A stretch of DNA of 64,000 nucleotides from Antedon mediterranea (Eukaryota; Animalia; Echinodermata). The stretch spans positions 4,875,888 through 4,939,887 of the forward strand of contig NC_092676.1 in assembly GCF_964355755.1 (NCBI RefSeq), given 5' to 3'. Positions within the stretch are counted from its first letter, which is position 1; the number at the start of each line of letters is the position of its first letter. Below are positions 12,243 to 27,056 of the stretch, one piece after another. A model generated the notes under the pieces. The model was not told where the DNA came from, did no database searches, and worked only from the letters and a program-made list of their open reading frames with translations. Position numbers and translations under genes: made by a program.

Positions 12243-13344
12243 TTAAAGATTTACTACATTGTATGCTCTTCTGCGATTACTCTTTGAAATTTTTAATTAA
12301 CAAATCATTTGCAGGAAATGTCCAATTTGAAATCAAACTGACCACATAAAATCTCTAACCATTGTGTTCTTTTTTTTTTAGATTTTTTTTTTATGTGAGG
12401 TCTGACCACAAAATGAGTTTATCGTTAATGTTGTCAAATCGGCAAACTAATAGAAGTCGTTTTTTTTCAAAAGATGTTCTTTTTAAATTAACTTATTTAA
12501 TAATAATTTATTTAACTGAAACAATAAAATAAATCAAAACATTCCCGTTTGGTTTCTCAAATTCACTAATTTAAAACTAAACACACATTTCAAATGGTTA
12601 ATACTTCTTTTATTTATTTTATTATTTTGGTTAAAAACTAGCATAATTTTCAATAGATTTTTTTGTAATTTTGTTTTAAAATTTGAATAAATTAACTTTC
12701 TTTATAATACGATTTCTACTATTTTGGTAATTGATAATGGTATCTCCCCAGCTTGTACAAGTTGTTATGTATGTAGCAATATCAATAATTTAATAGGATC
12801 TACTCTAACGTCATATAGCGCCCTCAATTAAAAGGAATGACCATCATAGTTCCACTCCTCCTTAATAAGTGCCAAATTCTTAGATGAAAGCGCAATATCA
12901 TACTACATTTACGCGATCCAAACATTTACGCGTTTTAGACATAATCGTAGTACGTGAACGCTAATAACCAATCATAATCAATAACCTCAAATATCACCCC
13001 ACCCATCCCACACAAAAAACCTCCTTGAATGTATGTCTTTATTAAAGGAATTTCAGAATTTGTATCAATTTAATCTTTTTTCTTGTAAAATATTTCATTC
13101 GTAGAAGAACAATAGTGAAAACATTTCTGAATTTATAAACAACTATTTATAATAATTTTATCCATGTGTAAAATCGGCGATATTTGTTTTTTTTTTATTT
13201 TTTTCATTATGCTTTTTTTTCTGTTATGTTTTGATTGTTGAGGGTTTTCGGTTTTTGTTTGTTTTTTATCCTGTTCTATTTTTCTTCCTAACTTCCTAAT
13301 CTGTGTTTGTGGTTGTTTTTGTTATTGTTGTTTAAATCAGCTTA

Positions 13345-14180
13345 TTAACTAAAATTATGACTTTATCAACGTTTATTAATGAAACGATAACTAATAATGA
13401 GTTTATCAACACTAAATTTAGTTAAAATAATACGTTTACCAACACTAACTTGCTAACTAATAATGAGTTTATCAACACTAAACCTAGCTACAGTAAGTTT
13501 ATCAACACTAAATTTAGTTAATATAATACGTTTACCAACACTAACTTACTAACTAATAATGAGTTTATTAACACTAAACCTAGCTACAGTAAGTTTATCA
13601 ACACTAAACTAACTTGGCTATAACTAATAATGATCTGTTTATCAACGCTAACTTAGCTAACTAATAATGATCGGTTTATCAACGCTAACTTAGCTAACTA
13701 ATAATGATCGGTTTATCAACGCTAAACTTAGCTAACTAATAATGATCGGTTTATCAACGCTAACTTGGCTAACTAATAATGATCGGGTTATCAACGCTAA
13801 ACTAGCTAACTAATAATGATCGGTTTATCAACACTAACTTGGCTATAACTAATAATGATCGGTTTATCAACGCTAAACTTAGCTAACTAATAATGATTGG
13901 TTTATCAACGCTAAACTTAGCTAACTAATAATGATCGGTTTATCAACGCTAACTTTGCTAACTAATAATGATCGGTTTATCAACGCTAAACTATAGCTAA
14001 CTAATACTGATCGGTTTATCAACGCTAACTTGGCTTAACTAATAATGATCAGTTTATCAACTCTAACTAGGATAACTAAGGCTGTGTTTATCATAAGTTA
14101 GCGAACTAATGAGTTCATTCAACACTAAACTTAGCTAACTAATAATAAGTTTATAAACGCGAAATTAACTAAGGTTAGTT
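13345..14180. repeat. Minisatellite, 37-39 bp unit (aactaataatgatcggtttatcaacgctaacttagct)
   Basis: About 20 copies with a homogeneous core at 13620-14060 and degenerate flanks. Confidence 0.92.
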
Positions 14181-15954
14181 AACTACCGCATTAAATGTCT
14201 ATTGTACACGAAGGCAGATGCTGAACTGGGTATCGTTATTAATAGAAATAATTGTAGTCGGTCATTAATATTAATTATCTAGTGGTCATTTTATTATAAA
14301 TGTAGACCACATAGCCAGATAAATATATTAAATACGACAAACGCGAAGGATGGTCGCGCCAGACACTGATTATAATGACTATACGAATTTCAGTTTAATG
14401 GGGCTAGCATTTCGAACGTAATTGCAATAATAGTGTCTAGTTCAAGTTCATTAATTATCAAAATTGATTCATATTTTCTGATTGTGTCATTTCTAATGAG
14501 CATCGTCTACGTCCACAAACGTGCGGATACTGTGTTTAAATATAAATTTATCAATGGCATCAACCTTGCTTCACACAGACTGAAAACAATGATAAAAAAA
14601 CAATTTAGGCCTAATTAAAACATTTTTCTAAAACATTTCATTTTTTACAAATAAAGACAAATTTTGCTAATAAAAAAAAAGAATTTCTTTTGTTCAGGCG
14701 TTACAATTTCTTCAAATACCCAAATTCTGTTTGTAACTTTTATTCGTTGTATTTATTACGTTTATTTCGTTTTTCTTAATTTGTGACTTTTAAATACCAT
14801 ATTAGTATACTAATAATATTATTTACCATAGTGTTAAAGCATGCCCACGGTTCGGTTAAGAAGAAAGTGCCCCTTATAGGGGTTTCCGCTGAATATGATG
14901 GATGTCCACAAAGTAGTTATACAAGTATTTAATATTACGGAATTAAGCCTGTTCCGTTTCGCGTAATGGCGCCGTTTTCTTTAAAAAAACAGTAGAATAA
15001 TAAGCTTTCACACAACCAAGTCCGTTCCGTGAAAAATGAATGACCGGTGGAAAACAGCGGATCGGATCTATCGCTTTGATGGAACGGGAACGAAAACCAT
15101 TTCGTAATGACAAGGTCTACAACAATAACTCTAGGAAATAATGTACTTACTATATTAAATCTTTAGTATGATTGACATTCAATCACTATCCTCAATAGAA
15201 AGCAACAGAACTGGGTTAATATTATGGATGCTTAATACGTAAGCCCCATGAATTGCAGGAAAGAAATGTTTTGTTGGGTAATCTTGCAATACGCCTACCG
15301 TATCATTCCAGTAATCCCAGCAGCTTATCCCTTTCTAAGGAACATGCTGGATACAAATCAGCATCTATTAGCGGACGGTGGCGGATCCAAGATTTTGAAA
15401 TAGGGCAGCTCAGGGCCTAAAAATGGTGAAATGAAGGGTAAATTTGTCCTATCTTTTGCATTACAAATTAGAGTGAAGAGTCGGCTTCCCCACCCACTTG
15501 AATCCTCCCCTGTCTATTAATTCTAGTAGGCCTACTGTGGTAGGGCTGAATCATTTAAACTCTACAGTAGAACTCATCCTTTGGGACACCCCCTATTCAA
15601 GGGACACCTTTAAAAAAAATCACTATTAATGAGACACTTTCTCGTTAAATAATTAACAAAGGAGTTTTATTTTGTATTCATTGTATAATTGTATGTAAAT
15701 CAAAATGTAAACCAAACAACCAAATTTCATTTGTACCTCGTTATATTAAAATGACAATAAATAATATCGTATTGTAATTGTAATGTTTGAGGCTACGGCC
15801 AACCCAAACGCGTCCCCTTAATAATGGATACTTATATCAGTCGATATTCTCGCTGGAAATGTTCACATCTATTTAGGATGTTAACACGGCGATTTTCCAC
15901 AGAAAAAAAATGTGTTTTTTAAACGAATTCTTGAAACGGTTTCCCGTTATCTTT

Positions 15955-16047
15955 TACACGTCGCAACTATACGTCACAACTACACGTCACAACTACACGT
16001 CACAACTACACGTCACAACTACACGTCACAACCACACGTCACAACTA
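15955..16047. repeat. 13-bp tandem repeat (actacacgtcaca)
   Basis: About 7 copies. Confidence 0.9.
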
Positions 16048-16171
16048 TACTATATTGCCTTATGTGAATGCATCTGTATTTTTTTTTTCAGAAACAAACA
16101 AATCTTGCACGACGTGAACTGTCGAAGATTGTATTGTGACAGAGTTTTATTTTCCGTGTGATTTGTACTCC

Positions 16172-16172
<1 letters not shown>

Positions 16173-16202
<30 letters not shown>

Positions 16203-16250
16203 GAGGATTTTTATAGCGCACATACCACTCAAGAGTGCTCAAGGCGCATT
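16173..16250 (-). mobile_element. L2-type LINE/SINE 3' tail remnant
   Basis: Reverse of gcgccttgagcac..gtgcgctataaaaatc(tta)n; near-identical copies at 42619-42682 and 49064-49118. Confidence 0.7.
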
Positions 16251-16966
16251 AAAAAAAAAATAAATAAATAAAAATAATAATAATAATATATCCTTCTCCT
16301 GTCCCAAACCTCAACCAAACTTAATCTTATACTTAACCTAAATCTTACAAGATTCTGGTATCCGAAAATTGCATATGAACGGAAGCTTGGCACAATTTAC
16401 CGGATTACATCAGATTTCGATACTACATTCTCCTTGAAGAAGGTTGTATGTACAGTGTTGATTGTATTTGAAAATTTGTACAAGGCTGTTCCATGTCAAT
16501 CACTTTGTATACATAACGCAGATGACATATAGATGACCTTCCCTTGTTTGAATGTATGTATCTATATACATATTGATATTACTGGTGGTATTTTCAGGGG
16601 TGTCAAGGGGTATGTGTGTTTCCAGGGCCGGGGTGGTGGAGGTGTTGGATAAAAACAAGATCAATCAGAAAAGAGTTGTGACTTCCGCGGTAAGATAGAA
16701 TCGCGTCCAAAATCGTAACCTGGATCCGAATCCAGTCACAAATTAAAAACTAAAATCCGTTCAGCAGTGTTGACGTAATTACTAACAGACAAACAAACAA
16801 ACAGACATAAAACCTATGGCGATCGCACACAGCATCCTTGGTGGAGGTAATAATGAGATGAATAAATAAATAAATGAATTGATAGAAAAAGGAAGAAACA
16901 CTCGCGGTAGTTGTTGCGGAAAAGTATGGACAGCCAAACAAACAAATAAATAAACCCACCTGTCAT

Positions 16967-17314
16967 AGGTTGTGTTTATGAACATTTAAAGTATCTGGAT
17001 ATGCCAGAGGTCTCTCCTGACAAGGCTAAATCAAAATTCTCCCTACCGTTTACAGACTTCTAGTTATCCGGCTACTCATGGCCTTATTTTCAGCCTGATT
17101 TGCATGATTATCTCATAAAATACATTGTTTAATCCAGCAAGGTCGCCTTCAACTCCCCTGAGGACAAGCCAACCCTCCAAATTTTCCGGGCTGAGGTTGG
17201 TCCGGATAATCCAGGTGGTAGTACTCAAAAAAGCCATTAAGGGTCGTTAAGGTATGATTAATGACCCCAAAAGATGACAAGTTATCCGGATACTTGCTGT
17301 TCATAAACGGGCCC
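16967..17314. mobile_element. Degenerate TIR element (MITE)
   Basis: gtttatgaaca..agtatctggata / tatccggatact..tgttcataaac inverted ends. Confidence 0.5.
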
Positions 17315-18543
17315 ATAGTTATAGGACCCTAATCGTAACTTTAAAAAAGTAAATATGACCACACCTCACAGCCGCACCCTGGCTAACAGATTCGAATTTA
17401 TTTATTACAAAAATATGCCACTCTTTCTTTCAAGGAATAAATTAATATAGATTATTCGACGCGATCATAAACTTAACAAAACCAGTATATATAGTTTTAT
17501 TATGATTTATGAATAACTAATCTTACATAATTTCAAGGTTATGTAATTTCCATATTTTTTTTACAGATTCTAATTATGTCCGACTATTCGGGATTACGGC
17601 TTGGCAGCTGATGAGCTGGAATTACAATCATGAAATATTTCAGTTTGCGGTTTGTATAGTATGCTAGTAAGTCGAAGGGCTTAACTGCGAGTATTTGTCT
17701 CCATCTGGTCATACAATAATTCAATCCTTGAGGTACAATTCTGATTATTTGTATATAAAATGACCTTCTCGCTGGATATCCATGTAGTTACGTTACGTTC
17801 TCAAGTGCAGTCGTTATAGTTATAGTGGTTTCCTTTTAGTTCAGTAAGATTATTTATTTAAGATTCAACAGAAAAAAAAAACACCAATACAGGATCGCCA
17901 TAAAATGTACATTTGATTTACATAAAAAAGAACAAGGAAACAAAACAGATTTATATTATTATTAAAAATGACTTTAAAAGCAGTATTACAACTAAAATTA
18001 TCGATGTAATTGTAAGGAAACAAACTATTATATGAATGAGCAACCCGACAGGGACACGAAAATGAAATTGAGAGACAAATTTACAATTATATTTGTGTTC
18101 TGTACATCACAGTAGGCCACGGACTTTATTCTGAAATAAAAGGTGATTCTTTGATTACGGATTTAAGCTAAATTAACTACAGTAGAAGGAAAAGTGAATC
18201 CAATTATAATATACATTCTCAAAACAGATATGTATTTAATACCCGATAGGCCCTGCTTTAGGATTAAATAGAGCATTTCATACTATATTTTACGTTAATA
18301 CACAAAATGTTTACGAAACTACTGAAAATAATATAAAATCTAAAATAATTGATAATAAATCATTATTTCTTACATTTTTAAATAGAATATCAACACAATA
18401 GCATCATTAATGAAGAAAGAACAATAACTGTTACGTCAAATGTCGATGTTTTGTAAGAAATATTTATTATTTATTATTATATTAATATTTATATGGCATA
18501 CCAATTTGTTAATCTCCCGTGGACTACAGTGTATGCATGCTTA

Positions 18544-19163
18544 TATGTTTTGTATCGAAAACTTGTTTATTCCTAGCATTTCAGTTTCATTTTATTTAGG
18601 AACCATGTCACAATTATTCTCAGTTACTGCAGTATAACTTACTAAACATATTGTTTGTGTCTATAACCTGTTTATTTCAATTCACATTTATTTACTCATC
18701 GTTTATAAATACAGTTTCATAGCATAAATGATGGCAAGGATCCTGCATAGAGAAGTTTACACTTCTGTTTTCGCAAGACCCTTTTACATAAAAAACATAA
18801 AACAATAAACACAACATAATAGATACAAAATATAAAAAAAACATTTCCTATATACATTTTATAGTTGTTCATCATCAAAAAGAGATAGTGTTTTTCTAAC
18901 ATGATTATTTATACATTTATTACAACCCCAAGAAATGTTACATTTTGTTGTTGTTCTATAGTAATGTTATTCATTTTCAGTTTATGCAATTATTTAGTAA
19001 GCTTTTTCTGGTTGTCATACATACTTCTATGTTTTGTATCGAAAACATATTTGTTGTTTATTCATAACATGAATTTCATTTTATTTATGGAGCATGTCAA
19101 AATTATTCTCAGTTACTGCAGTATAGCCTACTAAACCTTTGTGTTTCTCTATTAACCTGTTTT
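18544..19163. repeat. Local direct duplication of ~135 bp (18544-18675 vs 19028-19163)
   Basis: Shared tatgttttgtatcgaaaac ... aattattctcagttactgcagtata ... aacctgttt. Confidence 0.8.
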
Positions 19164-22100
19164 TATTATTATTTAGCAATCTTGTTTGTAATCATACACA
19201 CTCTGTTTATTGTAGTGACTGCCTCTAAATTGTAAAAAAATAAAATCATATGTTATTAAGTAATTAATATTAAGTTGAAGTAGTTAATGTTATAACTGCT
19301 GTACAATAATTAAAAATTATTGTCGACACAAATGGAAATTAAAAAGTAATGTATCGCCATTCTTTTTATTTTTCTATGAACATGATGTATTGGATAGTGT
19401 GGTCCTTTAATAGAATCTGATTTTACACTTCATCACAGGCCAATATTAAACCTCAGTGTTTATCTAGCTTACGCCGGATTATCTTAATCCCTCAATATGA
19501 AACCCCGGATGTTCCAAGTGATTTAGTTGAAAACAGTATTGAAATGAAGGTCTATTCGACCATGGAGGTACCTCCATGATTCGACAAAGTGTTGTTCTCA
19601 AAGGACTGAACAGTTATTATAGGATGTCCATCGGACTGTCCATCTTGTATTCAGAAAAGTATTTTGTAAAAAGTAACATCATCTGAGAAAAGTCTAACTG
19701 GGACAAGTTTATTTAGAGAATTTCTTTTATTACTGAATAGATTGTGTGGGAGTGGGGGTGGGGAGAGAGATTATCTTATGCTTTAGATGTTTAACTGTTC
19801 GCCAATGTGGAAAAACTGAGGCCAACAATTGTTGTTCGTCAGATCATGGACAAATATTTTTCATGATAGATTGCAGAACAAGAAAATCAAACCGCGAAAA
19901 AAAATTGTAAAATATTTAGGGCCGCGAGATTGTTGGGCTTTGCAAGGCGAATTTGTAAGCGTCTGCTTATTCGCATGCGTTTTCAAGTTTCTGTCTTTCA
20001 AATCCCTCTTCTACGCATGCCTGGTGGAAAATAGGCGTAAAGAAGGCCCCGTGTTATTTGTTTACATTTTCTAATCAATTCTTCTACTTTAATTGCGTAT
20101 TATGCCAACAATTCAAACACACAATGGAGTCCAATATATCGTAAAGGTGTACGGCGCATCATAATTGAAGAACCTCATTAATCGTCACGAACCGATTTGA
20201 ATAACCCGGCTTGATGTCCGAATGTGCCTGGGAAGTAAAGTTTACTTTTACAATTGTGTTCAATGGTATTGACCTTTCAATCAGTTCAGAACAATATGAC
20301 TGACAAAGCTCATTAAAATAATACATTTATGAACCGGACAATTTGAAGAATTATAGGCCTATATATCGCATATAAACACCTTTAATTATTGGAACCTGAT
20401 ATAGAGTAGCTGCTTAAACGGCGCCACCAAGTGTTTGTGAACTTTAGGTACATAGATCAGTTAGTCTGTTTAAACGCGTCCCGTGCTACACAGCATATTA
20501 CATAATATATTGTCCTACTAACAAATATTAGAATAGTTTATTTACTTTGACCAAAATTTGATCGAAACGAAAAATGATTTACCCGATAAAACTAAAGAAA
20601 GACAAAATAATAACTAACCGAATCGTTGTCAGTGGTTTTTTGGGGGGTTAAATTTAGTTTGTTTCGTCTTTTTATATTAGTTCTCAAAAAAATGTGTATT
20701 TTAAATCCTTAGGCCTATTTGTTTTATTTTATTTAAGTAAAATTGAATAACTCTGTCTGATGGCTTAAAGTTTGATTTATTAGTTTGTTTGATTCATCTT
20801 TATTTTTCATGTTTTGTGGCACATCTTTATCTTCAATTTGTTTTTATTTAGTATTCTTGCTTTGAAGATAAAAAACATAAATTTTAATTGTTCTGAACTT
20901 TCCTTATTATTGTATTGCGGGTTTTTCATTCTCATTTGTCTCCCAGCACAAACAGACATTGCCAATTTACCTTAACAAAAAGAATATTTCATTGGAACAA
21001 TTGATTTTATAATTTATGATCGCAACTTCTTCATTAGAAACAAACAAAACAACCCGTGCCAAGTTTTCGTTACCGCACTCTTTGACAAAACAGACCGTGC
21101 TCGTAAAAACATAAATTCTGTCGTTAACTGCGCAAGCTGATAGTTCCCTGCGTCCGTTTCGTCTTGTGGTTTCCTGGTTGCAAAACGTCACGTAAAATCA
21201 TGCATTTGGGGACTTATACAAATGTGCCCTTATTAACTAACTTCATTCATTGTGGTTCTGATAAAGGTAGTATGGTCGTGGCCTAAGAATGGTTTTGGCC
21301 AAACTATGTTTGTATCACCGTTGGTGTTTTTCTCACTTAATTCGGTTTTTGGGACTTATCAAGTAAGGTAAGTAGGCCTACTTCGTACCTGTTTTAAATG
21401 TCTATAAAATGATATTACCAATTATTAGAAAATGTCGGAAATCTTTTAACGTAAAACAAAAAGTAGGCGTAATTCTAATTTATTTAATTGAATTTTGTAT
21501 ATAACAGTGGTTTCATTAGTCAGTCATGTCTACCGATATTGTAGAGCTTAGTTGGGTCAGGCGGTACTACGGTATCTATACACTTGTCATATCGTACATG
21601 TTTCCTCTCCAATACAAATGTATTTGAATTATCAATTGACGTATGATATGATAAATTGAGTTCCAGCAGTAACTACCTCATTGGCGTGTCGCCAGCAGAG
21701 TGTAAACATGTTGTTCAAGGTGTATAACCTACGGTAAACCATACAATAATGAATGTTTATGATGATTTGAGTTGGAAAGAAACATGATTGAGTGTTTTAA
21801 TCGCAGTCGAGTTAAATAGGACAGTAAGTTTTCAACGAATACGAATATCCTTCCCCATTCAACGAATACAAAACATTCATTATTTTTGCATAACACAATA
21901 TAAGGCTACTGTGTTTTTGAAGTTCTTTTCAAATAAAGTGGCCGCTATGATTTCTTTTGCCGCGGATTATCAGTAGAATAGTTGCGGCGCGGCGCACATT
22001 ACTTTCAAACGTGTGAATAGACCATTTATATTGATAAAAAAAAAATTGCGAAATGATGGAAATAACTAAAATCTTGTACTTTTAGTAGTCAATCTTATTT

Positions 22101-22807
22101 TATAACGTGTCGTTTGGTATTAGTCCTACCTAATGGAAAAGTGACTTATCTAATTGTAATTCTAAATCTAATGCACGTTCAGTTTTTTATTTTATATAAT
22201 TATTTTACATACGTAGCCTATAAATAAAAATCACGAGTCGGGCGGTTTCCATTCAACGCATAAACATTCATAGTACACAGTTGTGTATAATATAAAACGA
22301 TGATGTGTTATCAATAAACTTAAACTTTGATTTTTCACCAATCATCACTGATGGCAAAGTAGACTTGCCCTAGTTAGGTCCGTAGTTTATGTATGAAACG
22401 CCATGTGTGCCAAAATATGTATCGTTTTACCAATATTAAGTCTAGAATCCAGACTAGGGGCAAGGATGCACTCTGCGTTTTAAAATGATAGATTTCATGT
22501 GAAACATTAGGTCATGAACCCCTCACATTAACCTAATTTATATAATAGATAACACCTTATGTGTTTAATGTTGTATGCAGGCCTGCATCACTCTAAATTA
22601 TCAACGTACCTTATGTTAGTGAACTCGAATTATTATGAAAAGAAATTTATGCTTTTATCTCACTTGTAGGCCTATAACGATCACTCTTAAGATATGTATA
22701 TTGTAACATTATTAAGGCTTTAAGTTCATTATAGATTCTGGGACTATTGACAAATGTTGTTGCATTATGGAACAAATCCTAAATAAAACAATTGTGCTGT
22801 ATTTCTA

Positions 22808-22936
22808 AAGCTCTGTCTACACTATCAAACTTGTGTGCCCAGATATGGTAGTGATATGAAATCATCATGTCTATTAGGCCTATATAGGTACATCACATTT
22901 TTTGTAACATAAAGTTTGATAGCGTAGACAGAGCCT
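22808..22936. mobile_element. PIF/Harbinger MITE copy
   Basis: agctctgtctacactatcaaact ... agtttgatagcgtagacagagc. Confidence 0.8.
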
Positions 22937-23140
22937 TAGCATAGCAGGTGCGTTCTCACTAGTTTGATTAAATTTATTTTCAAAATGCTAACATTAAAGA
23001 TATACTTCCCGCTGAAACAAAATTTTTTTTTTTTAAACTGTTTTTGTTGAATATACCATTTTAATGTTACATATACTGTAGTTATTCACTTTACTTTTCC
23101 CCAATATATATCAAGTATATTGCCCACACAGTAAAGACCA

Positions 23141-23925
23141 GTGGCCGTATTCACCAATCACACTTAAGTGAGTTATTTCCCTTAAATCCTAAGAATTTCC
23201 CTTAAATCAAGAAAACATTAAGGGTTTCACTTAAGTGGTATTCACAAATGGTTTAAGGTTAAGGGAAACCCTTAACTTGGTCTATTTTCCCCTTAACTTT
23301 TAAGGGACCTCAGAGGTCCCTTAAAAGTTCCCTTAACTATTCAGTACCTTGGTTGTGCTGACGATTCTGTATGTGCGAGTACTATGCCTACTTGCAGATA
23401 GCCCCAGTCTAGGCGGTAGAGATGCTAGGCCCCCGGTTGGTCTGCCCAGTTAGTAACCAGCCTAGGGTGCATATGCCCCAATACAGACAGGTTTAGGCCT
23501 ACACAGAATGTTGATTTGTTAGTATATATAGGCTAGACCTATTTTTCTTGATCCTCACACAATTTAGTCTAGGTCTAATATTCATTTACTTGTTTTTGTA
23601 TTGACTGTTATTTCTTTTTATTGATCATCGTCCACACACTTTTCTCTTCATCCTCCCCATCCCCACAACCCCTTGCTCTTTTTTAAAAATATGCACATTA
23701 GTTTTAGAGATGAAAGTGATTGGACCATAGGGGAATTAAATCTTCTGTGATTGGACAATAGGACAACTCATGAATATTTATGATTATTTTTACCCTTAAG
23801 TTTTACTCTTAAATTAAGTGTTTTCCTTAGGTAAGTGAATCCCTTAACTCATTTGTTAAGGGAATTCTTAAATTTTAAGGGTAAGTATTTCCCTTAGCCT
23901 AAGTGAGATTGGTGAATACGGCCAC
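23141..23925. mobile_element. ~785 bp non-autonomous DNA transposon with TIRs and many subterminal cccttaa motifs
   Basis: gtggccgtattcaccaatc / gattggtgaatacggccac, a perfect 19-bp inverted repeat. Confidence 0.85.
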
Positions 23926-25409
23926 ATGAACTCTGGAATTGATAAGAACATTTTTCCAAAGTTAGTGGACCATACCCAAACTTTTGCAGAATTTATCAGC
24001 CGTAACTTTCTTGGCAGAGTTTTCTCAAGTTTGTGAACTTAAAATCAATAACAGTCTTTGTATATAATGTGAGCTATACGAAAAAACGTGCTACTTATTA
24101 GATACATCAAACCTTGAGTCTAGTTTCTTGTTGTCTTTTTTATGTTGATCTTTATACTTACATAAGTTTTGATTTTGTATGTCGATCTCAAGAAATTATA
24201 CGTATGAAACGCCGTAAATGCCAAAATGTTTATCTTTTTATCATTTGATAAGTCGAATTGCAGTTTAGACACCCTGTTGTTAGTATTATATTTATATATA
24301 TATATATATATATATCATACCGTAGCCATGGAATTTGAGTCACAGCAAAACAATTAATAATATATCTAATAATAATAATCTGTTTGCTATTTGTGGTCTT
24401 TTCCAGTTTTCTGGAAACAGTCAATCCACAAGTTAATTATGTTTTAAAAAGTTTTGTTTTACGATTATTTTCTCAGTATTAGTATATATCTTTATTCATC
24501 CCTCATGGGGCAGTTATTGATGTATTACAACATCTTACAATAAAAAGTACAAATTACAACATCAAATATAAAATATAAAAACTCTTTTAAGAGTTTAATT
24601 CTGAAAAGAATTATAAAATGTTTAAGTTCATACAATAAAGGTTACAATTTAATATTAATAAAGGGTTTACTTTACAGCTATTAATTATATAGTTTTTATT
24701 TTCTGACTTGGTTGCTTCGACGATTATTTTATAATTCAAATTGAAGATAGTTTTTCAATATTTCCGATTATAGGTCATTTTATTCCATGAGGTCATTTGA
24801 GCATTGTGGTCAATTCTAAGAAGGTCAATCATTAACCGCCAGAAAACATAGCCCGCAGGCTCACCAATCTCAACTTGAAAAGATCTATTGTATGGAAAAG
24901 CTCTACCACTAACGTGGACAAAAGTTAAAACACTATGCTAAGCAAACAGAAACACTATTTATCAGCACAACAACATTTTGTTTTCAAAACTGGAGTTGAA
25001 AAATTTATAATATTTAACAGTAGTATTTTATGTTTCTTCCAATTGTTGTTTTTGATATTATTTACCTTCAATATAAAATACTGTAAATCATAATACTGTA
25101 ATTGTAATTTTATATTTTAAAAAAAATATCAACAAATAAATAAATAAAATCAAGCATGTGAAAACAATAACATTTTAGTCCTAATATTTTAAACTGTTAT
25201 CAAAATTTAAATTTTTTTTTGCTCAGTTTCATCCGGGCTGTAAAATACTTAATTTTTAATTAGTTATGTTTTTATTATTGTTTTATCTGTAAACTGAATC
25301 GATGAAGTCCTATAATGACTTTTTTCCCTCGCAATCGCTATCAATCATATCAAGTTTTGTTCTGTCTGTAGGTCTATAATTGTGATTTTCTAATAATCAA
25401 CCTGAATTA

Positions 25410-25880
25410 TGGTATAGGTATTTATTCATAAAAACACATAAATAGTACAAACAGAAGGCAGCCAACGGCTGAAAAATTCTGCAAACAACGTACAAAGTAA
25501 AAAATTTAAAAGACTCTAACAACAATATAATATATACAAGTACACAGAAAATAAGATCATTAAAAAGCCGTTAAAAATATTTAGAAAGCCAAAAGACCCA
25601 GATAAACCAAAACATGCGGTAATTATTATTAATGGTAAACCCTACAAAGTTTTAGTTTTAGAAGATTCATTCATTCTATCAATAATGTTAGGGATGGTAG
25701 AGCGTTTCCAACGATTAGTTTTACACAAGGGGGTATCCAACAAATTAAAATTTTTCAAATTGCGACCGCGATTACGATAAGAGGGAAGCATATCACGATA
25801 GAGTTCAGAGAGTAGTATCCCCTTCCCAAGTTATCTCTTCTGGCTTCAAGGGAACATAATCCAGACATGGATAAAGCATT
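25410..25880 (-). mobile_element. 5'-truncated LINE 3' end (L2/CR1 group)
   Basis: Minus-strand LYRDMLPSYRNRGRNLKN..CKTNRWKRSTIP, then aataaa(tacc) tail. Confidence 0.5.
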
Positions 25881-26549
25881 TTCATAACTGATGTAATTAG
25901 CACCGTAAAAATTATTGAATTAATAGTTTGTTTCTGTGGTATTACATGCGTTTTCTTAGATTTATGGTAACAAAATGAAGAATCAGGAATAAAAACTTGA
26001 AACTTATTAAGAATAAAATTGTTCTTGAGTAGACTTTAGTCTGTCATTGGTAGAAAAGGTTGTTTCTAAAATTTCCGTGAGTCCAGGAGAAATGAGAACA
26101 CACATTTCATATTGGAACACTCAAAAGTGAAAGACAAAATAAAGAACAAATTGAGATATATAATATTTAAATGAAGATCTGAATGAAAGAACAACAGAAC
26201 ATTTCAAATATTATGATATATTTACCGATTTTGCTTTTAAGCCTGCTCTATAAGACGACATCTATGCATGGAGTAAAGAACTCCATGGTCTATGCCTACA
26301 ATCACTGTGCAAAATATCACTATCTATGAGAGACTTGTAGAAAAATATGCCATCATCTGATACAGACTGGGCAAAAAATTAACTGGTGCCGAATAAAACA
26401 ATATGAGTCCAGGCGTGGACATTGTCCATTGTAAGTGGACGTTTATAATTATTCGATAACAGTATAGCTATTATGGATCTGATTTTTCGCGCGATATTTC
26501 GAACTATTAATTTAATTTCCGGAGATAAACTATCCATTCCGATAAGAAG

Positions 26550-26660
26550 CTTTTCATTGGCCAATACCACAGGTCAGTGTTACGGTCATCTACTAACGGA
26601 TTGATGCGTTCTATTTTTATATTATGCTTAAAAGCCTCCCGCTGATTGGCTACTTACAGG
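26550..26660 (+). promoter_or_regulatory. Candidate Lin28 promoter (CCAAT boxes, CpG-richer region)
   Basis: attggccaat at ~26557 and gattggct at ~26644, upstream of the putative first coding exon. Confidence 0.4.
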
Positions 26661-27040
26661 TACTTGTCAACCAGTTTTGTCGCATAAACCAGTAACAATA
26701 CTCACCTACGTACCATACATATTTACACACATACTACAATAAGTAACCCAATTGCTACTACAACCGTCATACAATCACGTGGAGATACATTTACGTTTGT
26801 TGTTATTTGTTCGTATCAACGTTTACTTATTTGGTAACACTAAACCTAGAGATTGTCAGGCCTAGCCAGCAACGTATCGACTTCGAATGGTACTTTAGAC
26901 AAGGACCCATGGTATGGTTTCCCGGATTATTGTTTATTTCCGTGGAGTGTGATATTGAAATTGCCAGGCCGGTGGTCTAGGCCGGACGACGATTCAACAG
27001 ACGGGAAAAAGCGGCTCAGTTTAGCTATCACCACAGGAAG

Positions 27041-27056
27041 ATGACCTCAACATCAG
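27041..27056 (+). CDS. LIN28: Lin28 putative first coding exon (MTSTS + phase-1 nucleotide)
   Basis: gaagATG with in-frame stop upstream; cag|gtgctt donor (weak); G+AT makes Asp in frame with the exon at 33128; vertebrate LIN28A also has a short phase-1 first coding exon. Confidence 0.5.

Noticed and set aside
17568-17732. Exon-like segment with acceptor and donor
   Set aside because: Stops in all three frames and nothing to link it to
21673-21680. Perfect let-7 8-mer CTACCTCA
   Set aside because: Upstream or intronic position, not in a 3'UTR; no let-7 hairpin around it
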